Of a stretch of DNA of 43,468 nucleotides, positions 19,046 through 25,903 are shown one piece after another. How positions within the stretch are numbered: the stretch's first letter is position 1; every line of letters starts with the position of its first letter. The notes below the pieces were generated by a model that made no database searches, was not told the origin of the DNA, and worked only from the letters and a program-made list of their open reading frames with translations. This DNA comes from a virus (Duplodnaviria > Caudoviricetes): positions 1 through 43,468 of the IMG/VR virus record IMGVR_UViG_3300009702_000041; one strand, given 5' to 3'. A program made the position numbers and the translations under genes.

Positions 19046-19080
19046 AATAATCCCTTTTTCTTTTTATAAACGATTTAATA

Positions 19081-19088
19081 TATTTATA
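19081..19088 (-). promoter_or_regulatory. T4-type late promoter for the core/protease genes
   Basis: TATAAATA on the minus strand about 36 nt upstream of the 19045 start. Confidence 0.6.
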
Positions 19089-19104
19089 AATTATTTTTAA
19101 TTTT

Positions 19105-19776
19105 TTACCAAATTATTGCTTCTATTGCTATTTTAGTAGTAGATGCATCTATTTGAGCTTCTAAATTCCATTTTTTAGCTAACTGTGTTTGATAATTAAT
19201 TCCTAATTCCTGAACCATTATATTAACATTACTGACTAATTCATTTGAATGTATAATATTATTAAAATCTCTAATATCCATATTAGTAGCACTTAATTTT
19301 TCATTTAATCTAACACCACTATCTAATAAATCGATATTTTCTATATAAGCATCCATTTTATAACCAGAAGTTGGGCAAACATAACCTAATTTTAATTCAT
19401 CAGCAAAACCTTGTTTTATGATATTTTTTTGATTAATTTTAACTAAATTTAAATCTTCTACCCAATTTGTTCCATCCCAACTATCAAATTGACCAGGAAC
19501 TAATGTGGTTAAATTACTTGGTAATGATCCTAAATCATTTTGTATTATTTGTTGTTTAGTTATTGTATCATATACAATACCTCTAAAATCTGGTGTTAAT
19601 GACCATGTTTGAGTATTTTTATCAAAAATTGCCACCTCATTTACTCCGAAATTAATAACTGGAATATCTGTAGCATTAGCTGGTATTAACGACACCATAT
19701 CTAATGGAGCTAATCTTGCTTCATTTTGAGATATATATTCAAATGTTAATGGATCATAATTATATATAGTTGTCAT
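19105..19776 (-). CDS. Tail fibre assembly protein (Tfa-like N-terminus, DUF4376-like C-terminus)
   Basis: IYNYDP.T.EY...IPANAT..P...W...PDFRG..Y...WDG..W; C-terminal IRDFNN and KKW.L...I..I.W. Confidence 0.8.
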   Translation of the reverse strand: MTTIYNYDPLTFEYISQNEARLAPLDMVSLIPANATDIPVINFGVNEVAIFDKNTQTWSLTPDFRGIVYDTITKQQIIQNDLGSLPSNLTTLVPGQFDSWDGTNWVEDLNLVKINQKNIIKQGFADELKLGYVCPTSGYKMDAYIENIDLLDSGVRLNEKLSATNMDIRDFNNIIHSNELVSNVNIMVQELGINYQTQLAKKWNLEAQIDASTTKIAIEAIIW

Positions 19777-19794
19777 TATATTTCCTCTTTAGTA

Positions 19795-21051
19795 TTATTT
19801 ATAAATCCATACTTGATTTCCACAATCAAAAATCTTTCGATATCCGTTATTATACATATTCTCAGTTTCTGTCAAATTTGGATCAAATTCTTTTAATTTA
19901 TTTTTTAATTTATGTTTTTGATATTGAATTCTAGATTCTAAATATTCTTGCATTTCTTTCCAATAAAAATAATTTGGTCCACTTTCATGGCTTAATTCAA
20001 ATCCTAAATTTTTATATAATCCACCGGTACTTCTTCTCATATCTGCATAACTAACAACTGATCCAACATATTTTTTCAAAAAATTCTTAAATAATCTACT
20101 AGCAGCGCCTACAATGGAATAATTAATCTTATTACAAAATCTCAATAATTCCCAATCAATTTTTTTATCATATCTAGATTTACCAAATGTCATTATAGAT
20201 ACTAATTCATCTTCATAATACAATCCTATATTAATAGAACTATTACATTTACCTTGTAAATGATTATTTTCTAAAAATTCCATAGCCTTATTAGAAGATA
20301 CTTGGCAAATTTGACATTTTCTAGCGTATATTTTTTGTGATAATTTTAATTTATTTTTAATAATAGATTTCCAAATTTTTTGTTTTTGAGGATGTATCCA
20401 TTCAGTTTCAAATATATGAAATAATTGTATACCTTTTTCTTTACAGTATTTAGTTTTATTAAGATGATAATCCTTATTTTCTAATTCAACTTTATTACTA
20501 GAATGATAATAAAGTCCATCCATTTCAATTGCTAATTTATATAATGGTATATAAATATCAAGTTCTAATGGTTTTATAATAGAGCTAGAATTTATATCAA
20601 AATCAATATTAATATCAGATAAAAATTCAACAATTTCTTTTTCTAAATAATTTTTGTAAGAATATTTGTATAATCCAAATTTATTTAATTTAATAAAAAA
20701 TGCTTGTTTATCTAATTTATATATATTAGCTAATTCAACCGGAGAATATAATTTTAATTGTTCTATTAACCATTTTTTATTATTAATATTATTATATAAT
20801 TCTTTTAATTCATTTTCATCAAAATTTAATTCATTTAAATATAATAATTTCCAATTATTATATCTATCTTCAATTGATATAGAAGTTTTAATTTCATTTT
20901 CAATATCAGGTTCAAAATGAAAAAATTCTTCTATATTATTTTTCATATTATAAATTTTTAATGCTTTATCTTTTAACTTTTCATCAACAAATCCAATTAA
21001 ATCATTATTATTCAATTGTTTTTTATTTTTTAAATACATTTTAATTCTCAA
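19795..21051 (-). CDS. Hef-like/Vsr-type endonuclease family, copy 2 (no repeat array; start may be ATG 21039)
   Basis: ELDIYIP...AIEMDGLYYH...QLFHIFETEW; YARKC...NHLQG...ELLRFC...SYADMRRS.GGLYKNLGF...DCGNQVWIYK. Confidence 0.9.
   Translation of the reverse strand: MRIKMYLKNKKQLNNNDLIGFVDEKLKDKALKIYNMKNNIEEFFHFEPDIENEIKTSISIEDRYNNWKLLYLNELNFDENELKELYNNINNKKWLIEQLKLYSPVELANIYKLDKQAFFIKLNKFGLYKYSYKNYLEKEIVEFLSDINIDFDINSSSIIKPLELDIYIPLYKLAIEMDGLYYHSSNKVELENKDYHLNKTKYCKEKGIQLFHIFETEWIHPQKQKIWKSIIKNKLKLSQKIYARKCQICQVSSNKAMEFLENNHLQGKCNSSINIGLYYEDELVSIMTFGKSRYDKKIDWELLRFCNKINYSIVGAASRLFKNFLKKYVGSVVSYADMRRSTGGLYKNLGFELSHESGPNYFYWKEMQEYLESRIQYQKHKLKNKLKEFDPNLTETENMYNNGYRKIFDCGNQVWIYK
19796..19803 (-). 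promoter_or_regulatory. Late promoter formed by the last codons of nuclease copy 2
   Basis: TAT AAA TAA contains TATAAATA, about 20 nt upstream of the Tfa gene start. Confidence 0.55.
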
Positions 21052-21119
21052 ATTTTATATTAATATTATTATACCATATTTATCAAAAATAAAATTATAT
21101 TAATTTTAAGTTATTGATA

Positions 21120-21127
21120 TATAAATA
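21120..21127 (+). promoter_or_regulatory. T4-type late promoter for the scaffold gene
   Basis: TATAAATA upstream of 21211. Confidence 0.55.
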
Positions 21128-21210
21128 CTTTAAATAATAATTTTTATAAGTTGTTATTTTAAATAAATAAATCTAATATATTAATTAATTTTTATTATAG
21201 GACAAATAAA

Positions 21211-22248
21211 ATGGAAGAATTATTACAAAAATTATTAGAAGCGGAAATACTTTCAGATAGTACAAAATCTGAATTACAAGAAACTTTTAATTCAAAATTA
21301 CAAGAAGCAATTGAAGAAGTTAAAACAGAAACAGAAGTAGCGGTTAAAGCTGAATTAAGTGAACAATTTGTTTCAGAACGTGAAAATTTAATTGAAGCAT
21401 TGGATACGAAAGTTACTCAATTCTTAAATGAAGAATTTGGTGAATTACGTGAAGACATTAATCGTTTTAGAGATTTAGAACTTGAATATGCCGAAAAATT
21501 AGTTGAAGCTAAAGCTCAAATGAGCAATGAACTTAAAGGTGATTTAAAAGAATTAGTTGAAAGAATGGATTCATTTTTAGAAATTCGTATTAATACAGAA
21601 TTAAAAGAATTACGTGAAGACATTGAAATTAATAAACAAAATAATTTTGGTCGTAAAATATTCGAAGCTATTGCTGCAGAATATCGTAATAATTATGCTG
21701 ATGATGATAATTTAGCAGAAACATTAGCTGAAACAGAAAAACGTTTAGCCGATACAGAAGAAACATTATCTGAAGCAGAAACTAGATTAAATGATATTGA
21801 AAGAACAAATAAATTATCATCTATTCTATCTCCGTTAACCGGAAAACATCGTGATGTTATGGAAGCCATTTTGAAAAATGTTGCAACAGAACAATTGGAA
21901 GAAGGCTATAATACTTTTATAGGTCGTGTATTAAAAGAAGATGTAATGGAAGATGATGATCTTGTTACCGAAAATCATAATAAAAATATGAAATCTAAAA
22001 AAGATTATGATATGAAAGATATGAAATCTAAAAAAGATTATGATATGAAAGATATGAAATCTAAAAAAGATTATGATATGAAAGATATGAAATCTAAAAA
22101 AGATGCTGACATGAAAAAAATGGTTAAAGAAGGAAGAGTTATAAGTGGTGATATTGATCAAGATGATAATATAAATAATAATTCAAAATTATCAGAATCA
22201 AGTAAATCTCGTTTATTAGAATTAGCTGGTATAGCAATTAAAAAATAA
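21211..22248 (+). CDS. gp22: Prohead scaffold/core protein (T4 gp22-like)
   Basis: Glu-rich coiled coil with NNFGRKIFEA motif; first core gene before the capsid gene. Confidence 0.8.
   Translation: MEELLQKLLEAEILSDSTKSELQETFNSKLQEAIEEVKTETEVAVKAELSEQFVSERENLIEALDTKVTQFLNEEFGELREDINRFRDLELEYAEKLVEAKAQMSNELKGDLKELVERMDSFLEIRINTELKELREDIEINKQNNFGRKIFEAIAAEYRNNYADDDNLAETLAETEKRLADTEETLSEAETRLNDIERTNKLSSILSPLTGKHRDVMEAILKNVATEQLEEGYNTFIGRVLKEDVMEDDDLVTENHNKNMKSKKDYDMKDMKSKKDYDMKDMKSKKDYDMKDMKSKKDADMKKMVKEGRVISGDIDQDDNINNNSKLSESSKSRLLELAGIAIKK
21988..22104 (+). repeat. 3.5 perfect 33-nt coding tandem repeats
   Basis: atgaaatctaaaaaagattatgatatgaaagat (MKSKKDYDMKD). Confidence 0.95.
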
Positions 22249-22258
22249 ATAATATAAC

Positions 22259-22292
22259 AAAACGTGGAAAATTTAAATATTTTCCACGTTTT
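22259..22292. terminator. Bidirectional intrinsic terminator
   Basis: AAAACGTGGAAAAT-ttaaat-ATTTTCCACGTTTT between gp22 (+) and nuclease copy 3 (-). Confidence 0.85.
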
Positions 22293-24139
22293 TAATTATA
22301 AATCCATACTTGATTTCCACAATCAAAAATCTTTCGATATCCGTTATTATACATATTCTCAGTTTCTGTCAAATTTGGATCAAATTCTTTTAATTTATTT
22401 TTAAGCTTATGTTTTTGATATTTAATTCTTGATTCTACTAATAAGTCATTTGGTTTCCAATAAAAATAATTTGGACTACTTATATACTCAAACTCAAATC
22501 CTAAATTTTTATATAATCCTCCATCACTATGTCTTATATCTGCATAACTAATAATAGAACCAATATGTTCCTTCAAAAAATTCTTAAACAACCTACTAGC
22601 ACCACCTATAACTGAATAATTAATCTTATTACAAAATCTCAATAATTCCCATTCAATCTTTTTATTATATCTTGATTTACCAAATGTCATTAATGATACT
22701 AATTCATTATTGTAAAATAATCCGATATTAATAGATGAATTACATCGGCCTTGTAAATGATTTTTATCTAAAAATTCTTTAGTTTTTATTGAAGATATTT
22801 TTTGAATTTTACATTTTCTGGCAAATATTTTTTTAGATTGACCTAATTTATTTCTAATAATACTTTTCCAGATTTTTTGTTTTTGAACATTCTCCCATTC
22901 ATTTTCAAATATATGAAAAAGTTGAATTTCATTTTCCATACATAATTTTGTTTTTAATAAATGATAATCTTTATCTTCAGATTCAACAGAATTAAAACTA
23001 TGATAATAAAGTCCATCATATTCTATTGCTAAATTATGATCTGGTATATAAACATCTAATTCTAATGGAGAAATTAATTGTCGATTATTAGATATAACAT
23101 TATTAGTTAAAGATTGGCAAAATTCTAAAATTTCATTTTCGGCAATAGATCTATTATATGGATAACATTTAAGACACCGAATATTCACTTGCCTATGTGC
23201 TATTCGTATTTCTCCACAATCATGCTGATATTTAATTAAATTATGATTTTTATTTAAATATTCGGTTAATGATGTTAATAAAATATAATCAGGATAATTA
23301 TTTTTAAAATTTATTATTAATTTTTTAAAATAATTTATTTTATGTTTTTTACCTATTTTGGTTAATCCAGTTTTTAAATCAATTTTTGAATTGGATTTCT
23401 TTATTTTTATTGCAATTTGTTGATAACCAGATAATCCGGTTTTAGGATCAATTTTAGATTTTGTATTTTTTTGTTTAATAAGACCTAATTCAAAAATATT
23501 TAATTTAGTTATTGGATCAATTTTAGATTTCATCTTTTTCATAGTATCAAATCCATTTTTTTGATAACTATTTAATCCTGTTTCTGGATCAATTTTTAAA
23601 TTTGATTTTTTAGATTTTAATCCGATTTCTTGTGTTCTAGTTAATCCTGTTTCTGGATTAATTTTAGATAATGTTTTACCACATTTTATTCCTCGTTGTT
23701 GTGCTACAGTTAATCCAGTTTCCAAATTAATTTTAGATAATGTTTTTTTCTGCTTAATAGAATTCAATTGATATTTAGTTAATCCTGTTTTTTTATCTAT
23801 TTTAGAATTTGTTTCTTTTGCTTTTAATCCGATTTCTTGTGCCCTAGTTAATCCTGTTTCTGGATTAATTTGCTTACAAGTACACTTAAATGAACAACAT
23901 TTAACCTTATTTAATTTAATATCTATTTTAGAATTATTATTACAAACCGGACATTTTACCTGATCATGTATATTATTTTGAATATACCATAATCTTTCAC
24001 TTAATGATGCATCATAATTAATAAATGAAGTTTCATCTAATAATAATTCCTTTATCTCTGGATTATATCTCATTATATTAATAATACTTCGTATCGATTT
24101 ATTATTTAAATTCAATAACTTTCTAGAATATTTTTTCAT
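22292..24139 (-). CDS. Hef-like/Vsr-type endonuclease family, copy 3 (about 8 INPETGLT repeats)
   Basis: Start placed at ATG 24139 (MKKYS, as in copy 7); CPVC/CSFKC, repeats, HDCG/CLKC, nuclease and C-terminal GNAT-like motifs. Confidence 0.9.
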   Translation of the reverse strand: MKKYSRKLLNLNNKSIRSIINIMRYNPEIKELLLDETSFINYDASLSERLWYIQNNIHDQVKCPVCNNNSKIDIKLNKVKCCSFKCTCKQINPETGLTRAQEIGLKAKETNSKIDKKTGLTKYQLNSIKQKKTLSKINLETGLTVAQQRGIKCGKTLSKINPETGLTRTQEIGLKSKKSNLKIDPETGLNSYQKNGFDTMKKMKSKIDPITKLNIFELGLIKQKNTKSKIDPKTGLSGYQQIAIKIKKSNSKIDLKTGLTKIGKKHKINYFKKLIINFKNNYPDYILLTSLTEYLNKNHNLIKYQHDCGEIRIAHRQVNIRCLKCYPYNRSIAENEILEFCQSLTNNVISNNRQLISPLELDVYIPDHNLAIEYDGLYYHSFNSVESEDKDYHLLKTKLCMENEIQLFHIFENEWENVQKQKIWKSIIRNKLGQSKKIFARKCKIQKISSIKTKEFLDKNHLQGRCNSSINIGLFYNNELVSLMTFGKSRYNKKIEWELLRFCNKINYSVIGGASRLFKNFLKEHIGSIISYADIRHSDGGLYKNLGFEFEYISSPNYFYWKPNDLLVESRIKYQKHKLKNKLKEFDPNLTETENMYNNGYRKIFDCGNQVWIYN

Positions 24140-24238
24140 ATTAATATTATATACCAATTAAAAATATATTTATACATTTATATTAACTTATTGATTTTAA
24201 ACATAAATTTATAAAGTATTGAAATTATTATTAATTTT

Positions 24239-24246
24239 TATAAATA
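24239..24246 (+). promoter_or_regulatory. T4-type late promoter for the major capsid gene
   Basis: TATAAATA 109 nt upstream of ATG. Confidence 0.7.
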
Positions 24247-24253
24247 ATTTTAA

Positions 24254-24347
24254 TCGGTTATAGTGTTAACCGAATTATTTCAGAGGAAGGAAATTTAAGT
24301 ACTGGCTGAATTGATGAAAAACACATCATTCTAATTACTTAATGGAG
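24254..24347 (+). promoter_or_regulatory. Structured 5' leader of the capsid mRNA
   Basis: Stems TCGGTTA/TAACCGA, TTCAG/CTGAA, TGATG/CATCA, and TTAAGTA/TACTTAA next to SD GGAG. Confidence 0.45.
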
Positions 24348-24355
24348 AAATAAAT

Positions 24356-25762
24356 ATGGAAAATTTATTTGAAAATTGGGGAGAAACTAAAGTTGCATTA
24401 TTGGAAGGTTTAACTGCTGATATGCAAAAGATTGTTGATCCTTTGCTTGAAAATCAAAAAAATCAAATTATGCAAGAAGATGCGGCTGCTGGTGCTATCA
24501 GTGCTCATGATGTTGCAGGTTTCAGAAAAATCTTGATACCTATGATTCGTCGTATTATGCCAGGTACTATTGCTACTGAATTAGTTGGTGTACAACCAAT
24601 GGCTGCTCCTGTTGGACTAGTCTATTCTTTACGTTACAAATACTTAGAAGCTGCCGCTGAAACTAATCGCCCAGGTTTTGATGGTAATCCTTTAGTTGCT
24701 AATGATTCTATCGCACTTGGTGATGAAGCATTTGGTAATGATCCAGTATTACGTGCATTCTATTCAGGTGCTGCTGGTGATGGTACTACAGATCCTAAAG
24801 CTCAAGTTGCTGGTGCTGGTGCAATTGATGCTGGTACTCCTGGTGCAATTGATGCAACTACAACAACTGGTGGTGGTTGGCCTTCTTCTTTGGACTCTAC
24901 AGTTCATGATACAGGTACAGTTTTTGGTGATCCTATTGATGGTTCATTACGTGGTGGTTCTGGTTCTTTCATTGAAGGATCTGGTGGTCGTAAAATGGGT
25001 CTTGAAATCATTTCACAAGCTGTTGAAGCTCGTACTCGTAAATTACAAGCTGGTTGGACAATCGAAGCTATGCAAGATATGAACTCACAACATGGTTTAG
25101 ATGTTGAATCTGAAATGACTCAAGCATTATCTGCTGAAATTACTCAAGAAATTGATGCTGAAATCATTAATGACCTATTTGCATTAGCTGGTACGGTTGA
25201 TACTTGGGATTATGCTACAACTGGTGGTGCTGCTTTTGCTCCTGCTTATATCGGTGACCGTTTTGCAAACTTATCTGTTGTTATTAAAAGAGTTGCAAAT
25301 GAAATTGGTCGTAAAACACGTCGTGGTGTTGCTAACTGGATTGTTGTATCTCCAATGGTTGTTTCAGTATTACAATCTGCCGCAAAATCTGTTTTTGCTC
25401 CAGCTGTAAGCGGTTCATTCAAAGGTCCTAACAATACAATGTTAGTAGGTACATTAAATGGTTCTATCAAAGTTTATTCCTACCTATGGAACCAAAACCA
25501 ACCTGGTACCGGTGCAACTCCTGTCGATAGTATCCTAATTGGATATAAAGGTGGTAATGGTGAAACTGATACTGGATATTTCTATTGTCCTTACATTCCA
25601 ATTATGTCAAGTGGTGTTGTAGTTAGTCCTGTAACTTTCCAACCAGTTGTTAGTTTAATGACTCGTTATGGTAAAACTTCATTTACAGATAGCGTAACAT
25701 CTTTGGGAAATTCAGCTGATTATTACGGAAAAATAGCGATTTCAAATTTGGTTTTTAGTTAA
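24356..25762 (+). CDS. gp23: Major capsid protein (T4 gp23-like)
   Basis: LIPMIRR.MP..IA.ELVGVQPM..P.GL, EARTRKLQA.WT.E..QD...HG.D.E, TRRG..N, GYKG...D.GYFYCPYIP, TRYG. Confidence 0.97.
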   Translation: MENLFENWGETKVALLEGLTADMQKIVDPLLENQKNQIMQEDAAAGAISAHDVAGFRKILIPMIRRIMPGTIATELVGVQPMAAPVGLVYSLRYKYLEAAAETNRPGFDGNPLVANDSIALGDEAFGNDPVLRAFYSGAAGDGTTDPKAQVAGAGAIDAGTPGAIDATTTTGGGWPSSLDSTVHDTGTVFGDPIDGSLRGGSGSFIEGSGGRKMGLEIISQAVEARTRKLQAGWTIEAMQDMNSQHGLDVESEMTQALSAEITQEIDAEIINDLFALAGTVDTWDYATTGGAAFAPAYIGDRFANLSVVIKRVANEIGRKTRRGVANWIVVSPMVVSVLQSAAKSVFAPAVSGSFKGPNNTMLVGTLNGSIKVYSYLWNQNQPGTGATPVDSILIGYKGGNGETDTGYFYCPYIPIMSSGVVVSPVTFQPVVSLMTRYGKTSFTDSVTSLGNSADYYGKIAISNLVFS

Positions 25763-25830
25763 GAAAATCTATAACTTGTGGAATATATCTAAATTATTTT
25801 AGGTATATTTTTAATAAGTTAAGCTATATT

Positions 25831-25865
25831 AAAAGGTCAATATTTTTATATTGGCCTTTTTTTTT
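25831..25865 (+). terminator. Intrinsic terminator after the capsid gene
   Basis: AAAAGGTCAATAT-TTTT-ATATTGGCCTTTT plus T-run; nearly the same as 41836-41871. Confidence 0.85.
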
Positions 25866-25888
25866 ATTTTAAAATAACTTATATTTAA

Positions 25889-25903
25889 TGGTATAATATT
25901 AAT
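25889..25903 (+). promoter_or_regulatory. Extended -10 promoter, leaderless (TATAAT-N6-ATG)
   Basis: TGGTATAAT ATTAAT ATG. Confidence 0.6.

Noticed and set aside
18741-23870. Tandem repeats as a possible CRISPR array
   Set aside because: Units are in-frame coding repeats (24, 33 and ~69 nt) without a constant-repeat/unique-spacer pattern; no cas genes
24356-25762. Assignment to a named phage genus or host
   Set aside because: Motifs show T4-like ancestry only; a gp23/gp18 phylogeny is needed
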